DNA of 52,137 bases, from contig CAIQBY010000409.1 in NCBI GenBank assembly GCA_903870175.1, positions 1 through 52,137 on the forward strand. Reading direction: 5' to 3'. Numbering within the stretch: the stretch's first letter is position 1; the number at the start of each line of letters is the position of its first letter. A program made the translations under genes and the position numbers. This stretch comes from an uncultured Bacteroidota bacterium (GTDB lineage Bacteria; Bacteroidota; Bacteroidia; 2-12-FULL-35-15). The notes under the pieces were generated by a model. That model was not told the DNA's origin and made no database searches. It was given only the letters and a program-made list of their open reading frames with translations. Positions 35,818 through 46,308 of the stretch are shown here, piece by piece.

Positions 35818-36810
35818 TTACTCTTTATCTAATTTATATTTCGCCAGGTTCATACCGAAAGTCAAACCTTTGTTTATCACTAAATCTTCCAATTCAGTTA
35901 ATGATTTTTTACCAAAGTTGCGGAACTTCAATAAATCATGTTTTGCAAATGAAACCAAATCAGCTAAGGTGTCAACATCAGCAGCTTTTAAGCAATTTAA
36001 TGCACGTACTGATAAATCCATATCAACTAATTTTGTTTTCAATAACTGACGCATGTGTAATGATGTTTCATCAAATTCTTCAGTTGCCAATTTCTCTTCA
36101 GTATCCATTGTGATACGTTCGTCAGAAAACAACATAAAGTGATGAATCAAAATTTTAGCTGCTTCTTTCAAAGCTTCTTTTGGATGAATTGAACCATCAG
36201 TAACAATATTCATTACCAATTTTTCATAATCCGTTTTTTGTTCCACACGAAAGTTTTCGATGCTGTATTGAACATTTTTAATAGGAGTATAAATCGAATC
36301 GATTGGAATAATACCTGCATGACCGCTAAGAGGTTTGTTTTCCTCTGCAGGAACATAACCGCGACCTTTATCAATAGTGATTTCGATTTTCAATTTCACA
36401 TTTGATTCCATATTACAGATAATCAAATCAGAATTTAATACTTGAAAACCATTTGTAAATTTACCAATATCTCCAGCTGTCAATTGATTTTTACCGGTAA
36501 CGTTGATTGTTACTTTTTCAAAGTCGGTAGAATCAATTTGTTTTTTGAAACGAACTTGTTTTAAGTTCAATATTATTTCAGTAACATCTTCAGTAACACC
36601 TTTTATTGTAGAAAATTCGTGATTAACACCTTCGATTTTCACAGTAGTAATTGCATGACCTTCCAAAGATGATAATAAAATTCTTCTAAGTGCATTCCCT
36701 ACTGTAATTCCATAACCAGGTTCCAAAGGACGAAACTCAAATTGTCCTTCTGTATCACTGGAGTTAACCATTATAACCTTGTCAGGTTTTTGAAAAGCTA
36801 AAATTGCCAT
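35818..36810 (-). CDS. rpoA: DNA-directed RNA polymerase alpha subunit
   Basis: 330 aa. ...[22 protein letters not shown]..., C-terminal domain [20 protein letters not shown]. Confidence 0.97.
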   Translation of the reverse strand: MAILAFQKPDKVIMVNSSDTEGQFEFRPLEPGYGITVGNALRRILLSSLEGHAITTVKIEGVNHEFSTIKGVTEDVTEIILNLKQVRFKKQIDSTDFEKVTINVTGKNQLTAGDIGKFTNGFQVLNSDLIICNMESNVKLKIEITIDKGRGYVPAEENKPLSGHAGIIPIDSIYTPIKNVQYSIENFRVEQKTDYEKLVMNIVTDGSIHPKEALKEAAKILIHHFMLFSDERITMDTEEKLATEEFDETSLHMRQLLKTKLVDMDLSVRALNCLKAADVDTLADLVSFAKHDLLKFRNFGKKSLTELEDLVINKGLTFGMNLAKYKLDKE

Positions 36811-36898
36811 GTTTTATATATATTATTTGTTTATTATTATTATTTATGTGTATTCCTTTTTACTTATTGACTAATGAACCAGTAAACTAATGAACTAA

Positions 36899-37504
36899 TT
36901 ATTTAGAGTAAAGCTCGACAATAAGTTGTTCTTTAATATTCTCAGGTATTTGAGATCTTTCAGGTATAGAAATAAATTTACCGGATAAAGACGATTTATC
37001 AAAATCCATCCAAGGGTAAATATTTGCTGCCTTCGCTACCGAAACAGTAATTACTTCCATTGTTTTAGCTCGTTCGCGTACTGCAACAACATCCCCTGCT
37101 TTCAAAATATAAGAAGGGATATTTACAACTTTATCATTCACTGTAATGTGACGGTGGCTCACCAATTGACGTGCTCCGCTACGTGTAGGTGCAATACCCA
37201 TACGGTAAACAACATTATCAATACGGGATTCTATTAATTGCAACAAAACTTCACCAGTTACACCATGTGCACGTTGCGCCATGTGATAGATTTTTTCGAA
37301 CTGACGCTCCAAAATACCGTAAGTATATTTTGCCTTTTGCTTTTCCTGCAACTGAACAGAATACTCAGATTGTTTTGCACGTTTTTTTGATAACCCGTGC
37401 ATTCCCGGAGGGTAATTCTTTTTTTCCAATACTTTATCAAAACCAAAAATCGGTTCTTTAAACTTTCTTGCAATTCTTGATTTCGGACCTATATATCTTG
37501 CCAT
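36899..37504 (-). CDS. rpsD: 30S ribosomal protein S4
   Basis: [15 protein letters not shown]... Confidence 0.97.
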   Translation of the reverse strand: MARYIGPKSRIARKFKEPIFGFDKVLEKKNYPPGMHGLSKKRAKQSEYSVQLQEKQKAKYTYGILERQFEKIYHMAQRAHGVTGEVLLQLIESRIDNVVYRMGIAPTRSGARQLVSHRHITVNDKVVNIPSYILKAGDVVAVRERAKTMEVITVSVAKAANIYPWMDFDKSSLSGKFISIPERSQIPENIKEQLIVELYSK

Positions 37505-37558
37505 TTTTTATTTGTTGAATTTTATATTATTATTTTTAGAATTTAGATATTTGAATTT

Positions 37559-37969
37559 CTAAACACGTCTTCTTTTTGGCGGACGACAACCATTATGAGG
37601 AATAGGTGTAATATCCATTATTTCACTCACTTCAATTCCTGCACCTGCTAAAGTACGTATAGCCGATTCACGACCTCCACCCGGGCCTTTAACAAATACT
37701 TTTACTCTTCTTAAACCTAAATCATGAGCTACTTTAGCGCAATCCTGAGCAGCTAACTGAGCAGCATAAGGCGTATTCTTTTTAGAACCGCGAAAGCCCA
37801 TTTTACCTGCACTCGACCAGGAAATAACCTGCCCCGCATTATTAGTTAAAGAAATAATAATGTTGTTAAAAGTAGCGTTGATGTGGGCTTGCCCAACAGC
37901 TTCTACTTTTACCACTCTTTTCTTGGCTACTGCTTTTGTTGCAGTAGTTTGTTGATTTGTTTTTGCCAT
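37559..37969 (-). CDS. rpsK: 30S ribosomal protein S11
   Basis: ...[28 protein letters not shown]...[13 protein letters not shown]. Confidence 0.97.
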   Translation of the reverse strand: MAKTNQQTTATKAVAKKRVVKVEAVGQAHINATFNNIIISLTNNAGQVISWSSAGKMGFRGSKKNTPYAAQLAAQDCAKVAHDLGLRRVKVFVKGPGGGRESAIRTLAGAGIEVSEIMDITPIPHNGCRPPKRRRV

Positions 37970-38014
37970 TTATTTTTATTTGATCGTTAACTGTAACGTT
38001 AACCGGTTTAATTA

Positions 38015-38392
38015 TTATTTAGTTACTTTTTTCTTGTTTGCAACTGTTTTACGTTTACCTTTTCTGGTACGCGCATTGTTTTTAGTTGTTTGTCCACGAA
38101 CAGGCAAACCTAAGCGGTGACGAATCCCTCTATAACTTCCAATATCCATTAAACGTTTAATGTTTAATTGTACTTCGGAACGCAGAGAACCTTCCAACTT
38201 ATATTTTTCAGTTAAAATGTTACGAATATCAGTTAACTGTTTATCGTTCCATTCCGAAACTTTAGTATCATTATCAATACCTGCTTCTTTTAATACTTTA
38301 CGAGCTGTACTGCGTCCAATCCCGAAAATATATGTTAAGCCTATTTCTCCTCTTTTGTTTCCTGGTAAATCAATACCTGCAATTCTTGCCAT
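38015..38392 (-). CDS. rpsM: 30S ribosomal protein S13
   Basis: [26 protein letters not shown]... Confidence 0.97.
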   Translation of the reverse strand: MARIAGIDLPGNKRGEIGLTYIFGIGRSTARKVLKEAGIDNDTKVSEWNDKQLTDIRNILTEKYKLEGSLRSEVQLNIKRLMDIGSYRGIRHRLGLPVRGQTTKNNARTRKGKRKTVANKKKVTK

Positions 38393-38468
38393 TTTATTTT
38401 AGTTTAAAGTTTTAAAGTTTAAAGTCCAAAGTTATTAATACTCTGTACATAATACTTAATACTGTTTA

Positions 38469-38585
38469 TTATTTTTGTCTTTGTTTAAATTTAGGATTCT
38501 TCTTGTTTATTACATACAAGACTCCTTTTCTGCGCACAATTTTGCAATCTGCGCTTCTCTTTTTTACTGATACTCTTACTTTCAT
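38469..38585 (-). CDS. rpmJ: 50S ribosomal protein L36 (single-Cys, zinc-independent type)
   Basis: Not in the ORF track. Hand translation of the minus strand gives [38 protein letters not shown], in the expected position between infA and rpsM. Confidence 0.9.
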   Translation of the reverse strand: MKVRVSVKKRSADCKIVRRKGVLYVINKKNPKFKQRQK

Positions 38586-38612
38586 ATTATTTTAACTTAT
38601 TACTTTTTACTC

Positions 38613-38831
38613 TTATTTATATCTGTAGGAAATTCTGCCTTTTGTTAAATCATAAGGCGACATCTCCACCTTCACTTTATCTCCTGTTAGAATTTTAATA
38701 TAATGCATCCGCATCTTTCCTGAAATGTGAGCTGTAATCACATGTCCATTTTCAAGCTCAACGCGAAACATTGCATTTGACAATGCCTCTAAAATTGTTC
38801 CGTCTTGCTCTATTGATGCTTGTTTCGCCAT
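38613..38831 (-). CDS. infA: Translation initiation factor IF-1
   Basis: 72 aa. ...[42 protein letters not shown]... Confidence 0.97.
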   Translation of the reverse strand: MAKQASIEQDGTILEALSNAMFRVELENGHVITAHISGKMRMHYIKILTGDKVKVEMSPYDLTKGRISYRYK

Positions 38832-38849
38832 ATATTAATATTATAAATT

Positions 38850-39641
38850 CTAATTACTCTTTTTATTTAAAACTGCTTCTATGTATTCAAAAGATGATAA
38901 AATATCAGCTTTTGCTTTTCCAACAGCAATAGTATGTTCATAATGTGCAGATGGTAATCTATCTGCCGTTATTATTGTCCATTCATCGCTTTCCGTTTTC
39001 ACTTTTCTTGTCCCCAGGTTAATCATTGGTTCAATTGCTATCACGAGCCCTTCCTGAAGTTTCATCCCATTACCCTTTTTACCATAATTTGGTACTTCTG
39101 GTGATTCATGAAGATCCTGTCCTATGCCATGTCCGACTAATTCCCGGACAACACCGTAGCCATTTGCTTCTGCAAGTGATTGAACAGCTTCACCAATATC
39201 TCCCAAACGTTTACCAACAACTGCCATTTCAATCGCTTTGTAAAGGCATTCTTTGGTAACTTCCATTAGTTTTAAAACTTCAGCTTTTACTTCGCCAATC
39301 GCAAAGGTATATGCAGAATCTCCAAAAAATTTATTTTTTACAACTCCGCAATCCACCGAAACAATATCACCATCTCTTAATTCATATTTTCCAGGTATTC
39401 CATGCACTACTGCTTCATTTACTGAAATGCACAATGAATTTGGAAAACCATTATAATTCAAAAAGGCTGGCACCGCATTGTTATCGTTAATAAACTCAAA
39501 CGCTACTTTATCTAAAGATAAGGTAGTGACACCGGGTTTAATAACTTTTGCTACTTCGGCTAAAGCTTTTCCAACAAGTAAAGAACTTTCTCTGATTAAC
39601 TCTATCTCCTCTTTTGTCTTATAATACAATCCCTTCGACAC
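38850..39641 (-). CDS. map: Methionine aminopeptidase type I
   Basis: 263 aa with a GTG start. Motifs VVHGIPG, DIVSVDCG, GHGIG, IEPM. Confidence 0.95.
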   Translation of the reverse strand: MSKGLYYKTKEEIELIRESSLLVGKALAEVAKVIKPGVTTLSLDKVAFEFINDNNAVPAFLNYNGFPNSLCISVNEAVVHGIPGKYELRDGDIVSVDCGVVKNKFFGDSAYTFAIGEVKAEVLKLMEVTKECLYKAIEMAVVGKRLGDIGEAVQSLAEANGYGVVRELVGHGIGQDLHESPEVPNYGKKGNGMKLQEGLVIAIEPMINLGTRKVKTESDEWTIITADRLPSAHYEHTIAVGKAKADILSSFEYIEAVLNKKSN

Positions 39642-39663
39642 AACTCAACCCCTTCTGCTTGTA

Positions 39664-41004
39664 TTACGCTGTCGTCATACTCATCGAAGTACGACCTTTT
39701 ATTCTTCCTGATTTCATCAATCCGTCATAATGACGCATTAATAAATGACTTTCTATCTGCTGTAATGTATCTAATACCACACCAACCAAAATCAATAAAG
39801 ATGTTCCACCATAAAAATGTGCAAACTCCTGTTGGATATTTAGTTTAATTGCAAAAGCAGGTAAAATAGCAATAATAGCAAGGAAAATAGAACCCGGCAA
39901 AGTAATACGCGACATAATCAAGTCGATAAACTCAGCAGTCTTTTTACCTGGTTTTACACCGGGTACAAATCCTCCATTCTTCTTCATATCTTCTGCCATT
40001 TGATTCGGATTAACCGTAATTGCTGTATAGAAATAAGTAAACACTATAATCATTAAGGCAAATATTAAATTATACCAAAATCCGTAATGATTTGAAAATA
40101 TACTTACAAATCCTGTTAATGACTCTGATTGTGAAAAACCTGCGATAGTCAATGGAATAAACATTATCGCCTGTGCGAATATTATTGGCATTACCCCTGC
40201 GGCATTAACCTTTAATGGTATATATTGACGAACTCCGCCATATTGTTTATTACCAACAATCTTTTTAGCAAATTGCACAGGAATTTTTCTTGTACCTTGC
40301 ACTAACATAATTGACCCAATTATAACCAATAATAAAAGAACCATTTCAATTAACAACATAATTAATCCGCCGCCTTCATCTCCAACACGCATAGCTACCT
40401 CAGTGAAAACAGCATATGGTAAACGGGCAATAATACCAATCATGATAATAATGGAAATACCATTCCCAATACCTTTATCAGTAATTTTTTCACCTAACCA
40501 CATAACAAACATAGTACCTGTTACCAAAATTAACACTGACTGCATCCACCAAAAAGAACTTGGATCATTAACAACACCTGCTTTATTAGCCACTTGTGAT
40601 GCAATGTAACCAGGAGCTTGGAAAAGAGTAATAATTACTGTTAAGAATCTGGTAATCTGATTAATTTTTTTACGACCGCTTTCTCCTCCTTGTTGTAATT
40701 TACGGAAATATGGTAAAGCCATACCTAATAATTGAACAACGATAGAAGCAGATATGTAAGGCATAATACCTAAACCAAAAACAGAAGCGCGAGAAAAGGC
40801 TCCTCCTGCAAATAAATTTATCAAACCTACAATACCTTCATTCGATTTAGCATTTGTGGCCGCAAGAGCTTCCGAATTAACACCTGGAAGAACTATATAC
40901 GAACCCAAACGGTAAATTAAAATAAAACCAAGAGTATTAAGAATTCTAACTCTTAAGTCTTCTATTTTCCAAATGTTACGTAATGTATTTATTAAGTTTT
41001 TCAT
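39664..41004 (-). CDS. secY: Preprotein translocase subunit SecY
   Basis: 446 aa with 10 TM helices. ...GIMPYISASIVVQLL... in the conserved operon position. Confidence 0.97.
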   Translation of the reverse strand: MKNLINTLRNIWKIEDLRVRILNTLGFILIYRLGSYIVLPGVNSEALAATNAKSNEGIVGLINLFAGGAFSRASVFGLGIMPYISASIVVQLLGMALPYFRKLQQGGESGRKKINQITRFLTVIITLFQAPGYIASQVANKAGVVNDPSSFWWMQSVLILVTGTMFVMWLGEKITDKGIGNGISIIIMIGIIARLPYAVFTEVAMRVGDEGGGLIMLLIEMVLLLLVIIGSIMLVQGTRKIPVQFAKKIVGNKQYGGVRQYIPLKVNAAGVMPIIFAQAIMFIPLTIAGFSQSESLTGFVSIFSNHYGFWYNLIFALMIIVFTYFYTAITVNPNQMAEDMKKNGGFVPGVKPGKKTAEFIDLIMSRITLPGSIFLAIIAILPAFAIKLNIQQEFAHFYGGTSLLILVGVVLDTLQQIESHLLMRHYDGLMKSGRIKGRTSMSMTTA

Positions 41005-41027
41005 AAAACAGTTTTTACTGTATATAA

Positions 41028-41486
41028 TTATGCTTTTTCAATTGATTCAGCAGTTCCTCCTTGTGCTTCAATAGCTGTTTTAGCTGAAGCTGAAAATGCA
41101 TGAACTTTAATATCTACTTTAGACTTCAATTCTCCACGACCAAGTATTTTCACTTTGTCATTTTTATGTGCAAGTCCTTTTGAAATTAAGAAAGCACAAT
41201 CAATTGCACTAACCTTATTAGTATCTACCAATCCCTGGATAACATCTAAATTAACTCCTCGGTATTCCTGACGGTTAATGTTTTTGAAACCAAATTTAGG
41301 AACACGTCTTTGTAATGGCATCTGCCCACCTTCAAAACCTCTTTTTGCAGAATATCCTGAACGTGATTGAGCCCCTTTATGACCTTTTGTTGAAGTTCCG
41401 CCTTTTCCTGATCCCTGTCCTCTACCTATACGTTTCTTAGCGTTTTTTACAGAACCTTCTGCTGGTTTTAAATTACTTAAATTCAT
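41028..41486 (-). CDS. rplO: 50S ribosomal protein L15
   Basis: MNLSNLKPAEGSVKNAKKRIGRGQGSGKGGTS... Confidence 0.97.
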   Translation of the reverse strand: MNLSNLKPAEGSVKNAKKRIGRGQGSGKGGTSTKGHKGAQSRSGYSAKRGFEGGQMPLQRRVPKFGFKNINRQEYRGVNLDVIQGLVDTNKVSAIDCAFLISKGLAHKNDKVKILGRGELKSKVDIKVHAFSASAKTAIEAQGGTAESIEKA

Positions 41487-41521
41487 CTCTTTTAAATTAC
41501 CTATTAATTATTACTTATTAA

Positions 41522-41698
41522 TTACCCTATTACAGTAACTAAATGTTCAACTTTTTTAAGCATTCCTAATATTTGAGGATTTGCTTCTTTATCCAAAACC
41601 TGATTCATTTTGGTAAACCCTAATGCTCTCAATGTACGTTTTTGACGCTCAGTACGATTGATACCGCTTTTTGTTTGTTTGATTTTTATTGTTGCCAT
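41522..41698 (-). CDS. rpmD: 50S ribosomal protein L30
   Basis: Not in the ORF track. Hand translation gives MATIKIKQTKSGINRTERQKRTLRALGFTKMNQVLDKEANPQILGMLKKVEHLVTVIG, located between rpsE and rplO. Confidence 0.9.
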   Translation of the reverse strand: MATIKIKQTKSGINRTERQKRTLRALGFTKMNQVLDKEANPQILGMLKKVEHLVTVIG

Positions 41699-41731
41699 TT
41701 CTTTTTATTTGAAAATCTTCAAATTGATTTA

Positions 41732-42250
41732 TTAACCGTTAAATACTTTTTCCATTGAAATACCTCTTTGTTGAGCTACTGTTGCTGCATCACGCATTTT
41801 AATCAATGCATCCATTGTAGCTTTAACTACGTTGTGAGGATTTGACGAACCTTTTGATTTAGCTAATACATCAGTTACACCAACACTTTCCAAAACTGCA
41901 CGCATCGCACCACCGGCAATAACACCTGTCCCGTGAGCAGCTGGTTTCAAAAACACAAGAGAACCACTGTATTTCCCGTATTGTTCATGAGGAACTGTCC
42001 CTTTTACAATAGCAACTTTTATAAGGTTCTTTTTCGCATCATCAATTCCTTTAGTAATTGCATCAGTTACCTCTTTTGCTTTTCCTAAACCGTAACCAAC
42101 AATCCCTTTTTCATTTCCAACTACAACAATAGCTGAAAATGTAAAATTTCTACCTCCTTTAGTAACTTTAGTTACACGTTGGATGCTAACAAGTTTATCT
42201 TTTAATTCGATATCACTTGACTTTACTCTTTTTATGTTTGCGTTTGACAT
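41732..42250 (-). CDS. rpsE: 30S ribosomal protein S5
   Basis: ...[41 protein letters not shown]... Confidence 0.97.
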   Translation of the reverse strand: MSNANIKRVKSSDIELKDKLVSIQRVTKVTKGGRNFTFSAIVVVGNEKGIVGYGLGKAKEVTDAITKGIDDAKKNLIKVAIVKGTVPHEQYGKYSGSLVFLKPAAHGTGVIAGGAMRAVLESVGVTDVLAKSKGSSNPHNVVKATMDALIKMRDAATVAQQRGISMEKVFNG

Positions 42251-42275
42251 TATTACGTATTAAATAGTATAAATA

Positions 42276-42632
42276 TTAAAATTTTAATCCAGCTTCACGT
42301 GCAGCTTCTGCCAATGATTTTACTCTACCGTGGTATAAATAACCATTTCTGTCAAAACGTACAGAAGCAATTCCTGCCTGTGTTGCTTTTTCAGCTATAG
42401 CTTTACCAACTAATTTAGCCTGATCTATTTTGTTAACTTTTGCATCAGCAATTCCTTTGTCCGCTGATCCAGCTGCAACAAGTGTTTTTCCTGTTACATC
42501 ATCCACCAACTGAACATAAATTCCTTTATTGCTTCTGAAAACAGTAAGTCTTGGACTTTGAGCATCGCCTGTAACTACCTTACGGATACGTTGCTTAATT
42601 CTGTTTCTTCTAAATTCTTTTCTTACTGACAT
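42276..42632 (-). CDS. rplR: 50S ribosomal protein L18
   Basis: ...[19 protein letters not shown]...[26 protein letters not shown]. Confidence 0.97.
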   Translation of the reverse strand: MSVRKEFRRNRIKQRIRKVVTGDAQSPRLTVFRSNKGIYVQLVDDVTGKTLVAAGSADKGIADAKVNKIDQAKLVGKAIAEKATQAGIASVRFDRNGYLYHGRVKSLAEAAREAGLKF

Positions 42633-42683
42633 TTTTTTACCTTATTGCTGTCGGTTTTAGCCGACATAGTGAATTTTTATTTA

Positions 42684-43238
42684 TTATTTACCTGCTGATT
42701 TACCTGCTTTTCTTCTCAAAATCTCACCGGTAAACTTAATACCTTTTCCTTTATACGGTTCAGGTTTACGTAACGAGCGTATTTTTGCAGCAACCATTCC
42801 TATCAATTGTTTATCGGAACTTTCCATTATAACAGTAGGATTTTTACCTTTTTCAGCTGTAGTAGTTACTTTTATTTCAACTGGCAATTCAAAAGTAACG
42901 TTGTGAGAATAACCTAAAGTTAGTTCCAGCAATTGTCCTTTGTTCACTGCACGGTAACCAACACCTACAAGTTCCTGTTCTGTTTTATAGCCTTCGCTTA
43001 CACCCTTAACCATTGAAGCAATTAAAGCGCGGTATAAACCGTGCATTGCTTTATGACGTTTTTGATCTGTTGCACGAGATACAGTTACTTTGCCATCTTC
43101 GTTTTTCAACGTGATAGCCGAATCCATATTTTGAGTTAAGGTACCTTTAGCGCCTTTAACTGTCACAACATTTTTATCCGAAACACTTACTTCAACTCCT
43201 TTCGGAAGAGTGATTGGTAATTTACCTATTCTTGACAT
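42684..43238 (-). CDS. rplF: 50S ribosomal protein L6
   Basis: MSRIGKLPITLPKGVEV... Confidence 0.97.
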   Translation of the reverse strand: MSRIGKLPITLPKGVEVSVSDKNVVTVKGAKGTLTQNMDSAITLKNEDGKVTVSRATDQKRHKAMHGLYRALIASMVKGVSEGYKTEQELVGVGYRAVNKGQLLELTLGYSHNVTFELPVEIKVTTTAEKGKNPTVIMESSDKQLIGMVAAKIRSLRKPEPYKGKGIKFTGEILRRKAGKSAGK

Positions 43239-43257
43239 TTTCTTTCCTCCTTAACTA

Positions 43258-43653
43258 TTAATAAACAAAACATAAAACCTCACCGCCAACTTTTTGAGTT
43301 CTCGCTTCTTTATCGGTCATTACACCTTTTGAAGTAGAAAGGATAGCGATACCCAATCCATTCAATACACGAGGAAGTTCTGTTGAACCTGCATACTGAC
43401 GTAAACCAGGAGAACTAACTCTTTGCAATTTTTTTATTGCTGATTGTTTACTGATTGGATGGTACTTCAAAGCAATTTTAATTGTGCCTTGAGTGGTCGA
43501 ATCTTCAAATTTGTAACTGGTGATGTAACCTTTTTCTAAGAGAATCTTAGTGATTTCTTTCTTTAGGTTTGATGATGGTATTTCTACTATTCTGTGGTTT
43601 GCTTTAATAGCGTTTCTTACTCGTGTAAGGTAATCTGCAATTGTATCTGTCAT
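43258..43653 (-). CDS. rpsH: 30S ribosomal protein S8
   Basis: MTDTIADYLTRVRNA... Confidence 0.97.
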   Translation of the reverse strand: MTDTIADYLTRVRNAIKANHRIVEIPSSNLKKEITKILLEKGYITSYKFEDSTTQGTIKIALKYHPISKQSAIKKLQRVSSPGLRQYAGSTELPRVLNGLGIAILSTSKGVMTDKEARTQKVGGEVLCFVY

Positions 43654-43729
43654 TTTATTTAGTTTTATATCTTATCCCGCACGCAGGATAATTATACATT
43701 AATACTCTTTTCTGTCTGCAAACTGGATA

Positions 43730-43999
43730 CTACCAGCTTGACTTTGTTAGTCCCGGAATCAATCCATCCAAGGCCATTTCACGGAATGTGTTACGCGAAA
43801 GACCAAATTGACGCATATATCCTCTTGAACGACCTGTCAATTTACAACGGTTACGTTGACGGGTTGGAGATGATGCTCTTGGAAGTTTTTGTAATCCTAC
43901 TGAATCACCAGCAGCTTTTAATGCTTTTCTGCGATCAGCATATACATCAGCAAGATGTTTACGTTTTACTTCTCTTGCTTTCATTGATTCTTTTGCCAT
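43730..43999 (-). CDS. rpsN: 30S ribosomal protein S14 (long, 89-aa form)
   Basis: [16 protein letters not shown]...[25 protein letters not shown]... Confidence 0.96.
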   Translation of the reverse strand: MAKESMKAREVKRKHLADVYADRRKALKAAGDSVGLQKLPRASSPTRQRNRCKLTGRSRGYMRQFGLSRNTFREMALDGLIPGLTKSSW

Positions 44000-44033
44000 T
44001 CTCTTTTTATTTTAAGTCTACTATCTTTAAATA

Positions 44034-44591
44034 CTAATTATTTTTCTTTTTAAATGGCATTCCAAATTCGCTTAACAAAGCCAATGCCTCTTCATCATTA
44101 CCGGTAGAAGTTACGAATGTAATATCCATACCCATAATTTTGTTTACTTTATCAATATCAATTTCCGGAAAAATGATTTGCTCGGTAACACCCAGAGTGT
44201 AGTTTCCGTTTCCATCAAATCCTTTATCATTGATACCTCTGAAATCACGAATACGAGGTAAAGCAACAGAAATCAATCTGTCCAAAAACTCATACATTGT
44301 ATCCCCTCTTAAAGTTACTCTTACTCCAATTGGAACTCCTTTACGAAGTTTGAAGTTGGAAATATCTTTCTTAGATATAGTAGCAACAGCCTTTTGACCA
44401 CTTATAGTTGTCATTTCCTTAATTGATCCTTCAATTAATTTTTTATCAGAAACAGCATCACCAACTCCCTGGTTTAAGCATATTTTCTGAATCTTTGGTA
44501 CTTGCATTGAACTGCTGTAACCAAATTTTTTCTGTAAAGCAGGAACTACTTCTGCTTTATATTTATCTTTTAAACGCGGTGAATAAGCCAT
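44034..44591 (-). CDS. rplE: 50S ribosomal protein L5
   Basis: ...[16 protein letters not shown]... Confidence 0.97.
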   Translation of the reverse strand: MAYSPRLKDKYKAEVVPALQKKFGYSSSMQVPKIQKICLNQGVGDAVSDKKLIEGSIKEMTTISGQKAVATISKKDISNFKLRKGVPIGVRVTLRGDTMYEFLDRLISVALPRIRDFRGINDKGFDGNGNYTLGVTEQIIFPEIDIDKVNKIMGMDITFVTSTGNDEEALALLSEFGMPFKKKNN

Positions 44592-44917
44592 TATTTAATT
44601 ACCTCCCCTGATTTTTTTGAAAAACGTACTAATTTATTTGTTTTGTCATCTAATTTTCTGCCAACACGGGTAGGTTTGCCTGTTCCCGGTTCTATTACCA
44701 TTAAATTAGAAATATGAACTGAAGCTTCCTGTTTTACAATTCCGCCTTCTGAGTTTTGAGCAGTAGGTTTAGTATGTTTTGATACCATATTTACACCTTC
44801 CACAAAAGCTCTGTTTTTTACTTTGTCTACAGAAAGCACTTTGCCTTCCTGACCTTTTGAATCTCCGGCCAAAACTTTTACCGAATCTCCTTTTTTAATA
44901 TGTAATTTAGTTGACAT
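44591..44917 (-). CDS. rplX: 50S ribosomal protein L24
   Basis: ...[23 protein letters not shown]... Confidence 0.97.
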   Translation of the reverse strand: MSTKLHIKKGDSVKVLAGDSKGQEGKVLSVDKVKNRAFVEGVNMVSKHTKPTAQNSEGGIVKQEASVHISNLMVIEPGTGKPTRVGRKLDDKTNKLVRFSKKSGEVIK

Positions 44918-44946
44918 CTTTATTCTTAGTTTCTAATTCTTAATTC

Positions 44947-45315
44947 TTAAAGTACTTCTGGTGCTAAAGAAATAATTTTCATAAAATTCTTATCTCTCAA
45001 TTCACGGGCTACAGGTCCGAAAATACGGGTTCCTCTTAATTCATCTGTTGCATTTAACAATACTACAGCATTATCATCAAAACGAATATAAGAACCATCA
45101 GCACGGCTGATTTCTTTTTTTGTTCTTACCACTACTGCTTTCGACACAGCACCTTTTTTAATATTTCCTGAAGGCAAAGCGTGTTTTACAGTTACTACCA
45201 CTTTATCACCTATCGATGCATATCTTTTTTTGGTTCCTCCAAGTACACGGATAACAAGCACTTCTTTTGCGCCGCTGTTATCTGCTACTAATAATCTTGA
45301 TTCCTGTTGTACCAT
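44947..45315 (-). CDS. rplN: 50S ribosomal protein L14
   Basis: [27 protein letters not shown]... Confidence 0.97.
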   Translation of the reverse strand: MVQQESRLLVADNSGAKEVLVIRVLGGTKKRYASIGDKVVVTVKHALPSGNIKKGAVSKAVVVRTKKEISRADGSYIRFDDNAVVLLNATDELRGTRIFGPVARELRDKNFMKIISLAPEVL

Positions 45316-45359
45316 TTCTTTTTTTAATTATCAAATATTAAATTGACTTATTTGTCAAA

Positions 45360-45626
45360 TTATTTCGCTCTCTCCACTACTTCAACCAGTCTCCAGCATT
45401 TATTTTTGCTGATAGGACGGGTTTCCATTATTTTAACAGTATCTCCTTCGTTACAGGTATTTGTTTCATCATGAGCCACAAACTTTGTAGTTTTGTTCAC
45501 AAACTTACCGTATTTCGGGTGTTTCACTTTACGTTCTACCGATACTACAATTGATTTGTCCATTTTGTTACTGGTAACCAAACCAACTTTTTCTTTTCTT
45601 AAGTTTCTTTCTTCCATTGTTGTCAT
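45360..45626 (-). CDS. rpsQ: 30S ribosomal protein S17
   Basis: ...[33 protein letters not shown]... Confidence 0.97.
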   Translation of the reverse strand: MTTMEERNLRKEKVGLVTSNKMDKSIVVSVERKVKHPKYGKFVNKTTKFVAHDETNTCNEGDTVKIMETRPISKNKCWRLVEVVERAK

Positions 45627-45829
45627 TATTTTTTCGCGTCAGCTATTTCTCTTGCACGAAGTTCTGTTTGTAATCTTGCTACTGTTTTTCTGCTGTAAGT
45701 TATTTTAGCAGGATTTTCAATAGGAGACACGGCATGGTTTAACTTTAGCTTAGCCAAAGCACCTTTTTCTTCCTTTATTCTTTCAACTAAATCTTTCAGC
45801 GAAAGTTGTTTTATGTCTGTTTGTATCAT
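45626..45829 (-). CDS. rpmC: 50S ribosomal protein L29
   Basis: 67 aa. ...[35 protein letters not shown]... Its stop overlaps the rpsQ start by 1 nt. Confidence 0.95.
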   Translation of the reverse strand: MIQTDIKQLSLKDLVERIKEEKGALAKLKLNHAVSPIENPAKITYSRKTVARLQTELRAREIADAKK

Positions 45830-45974
45830 TTTATTTAACTAATTCTTACTCTTATTTTACAAAAACTATTATCCTGCTTCTCCTGCCAACAAAGGCAATA
45901 AAGCCAATTCTTTGTGTTTTCCTCTTTCTCTTTTTCCTGTCAAATAAAACACTCCCCTGCTTTTTTAGGGACGG

Positions 45975-45982
45975 CAAAGGTA
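45975..45982 (-). promoter_or_regulatory. Candidate -7 promoter box for the truncated ribosomal operon (TACCTTTG on minus strand)
   Basis: Plus-strand CAAAGGTA with a possible -33 TTG (plus-strand CAA at 46004..46006, 21-nt spacer). About 145 nt upstream of the rpmC ATG and downstream of the 46065..46103 terminator. Confidence 0.4.
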
Positions 45983-46064
45983 ATAAAGTAATTAATATAA
46001 ACAACAGGGGTTGAAAATATTTTTATTTTATTTAACAGATTAGAACTATTAATGCCCATAAAAC

Positions 46065-46103
46065 CTAAAAAAGCTCCTTATACATTATATAAGGGGCTTT
46101 TTT
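46065..46103 (-). terminator. Hairpin terminator separating the T9SS cargo genes from the ribosomal operon
   Basis: AAAAAAGCTCCTTA / TAAGGGGCTTTTTTT with a 9-nt loop and T-runs on both strands. Confidence 0.65.
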
Positions 46104-46140
46104 TGAAGGCTTAATTAATTGGTGTGAATTAATAATAGTT

Positions 46141-46182
46141 ACGAATTTATGAATCGAGATATACATAGATTCGTAAATTCGT
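46141..46182. repeat. Hairpin-family copy E3
   Basis: ACGAATTTATGAATC (46141..46155) and GATTCGTAAATTCGT (46168..46182), one mismatch and a 12-nt loop. The tail ...AATAATCCGTACCC then runs into the orphan CTD fragment. Confidence 0.75.
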
Positions 46183-46203
46183 TTTTAAAATAATCCGTAC
46201 CCA

Positions 46204-46308
46204 CTCTACCACCACTTTCTTATTCACCACATTTTTCTCTTCATCTGTTATCTGTACAAAAATAACTCCCCTTTGTATCTCACTTTTTTCTATTTTTTTT
46301 TGAATGGA
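46204..46308 (-). pseudogene. Orphan 3' fragment of a T9SS type-A CTD, in frame directly behind the stop of the upstream gene
   Basis: The 35 codons after the TAA at 46309..46311 read SIQKKIEKSEIQRGVIFVQITDEEKNVVNKKVVVE. This is nearly the C-terminus of the 48953..50146 product (LDLSNQAKGTYLIQITDDKKNVVNKKVVVE). Confidence 0.7.

Noticed and set aside
44925-44949. 14-nt match CTAATTCTTAATTC shared by the rplX-rplN spacer and 48320..48333 (7-bp TAATTC(T/C) periodicity)
   Set aside because: It is a very AT-rich short motif. I could not judge a single extra copy as non-random without a genome-wide count, and no structure or function is apparent.
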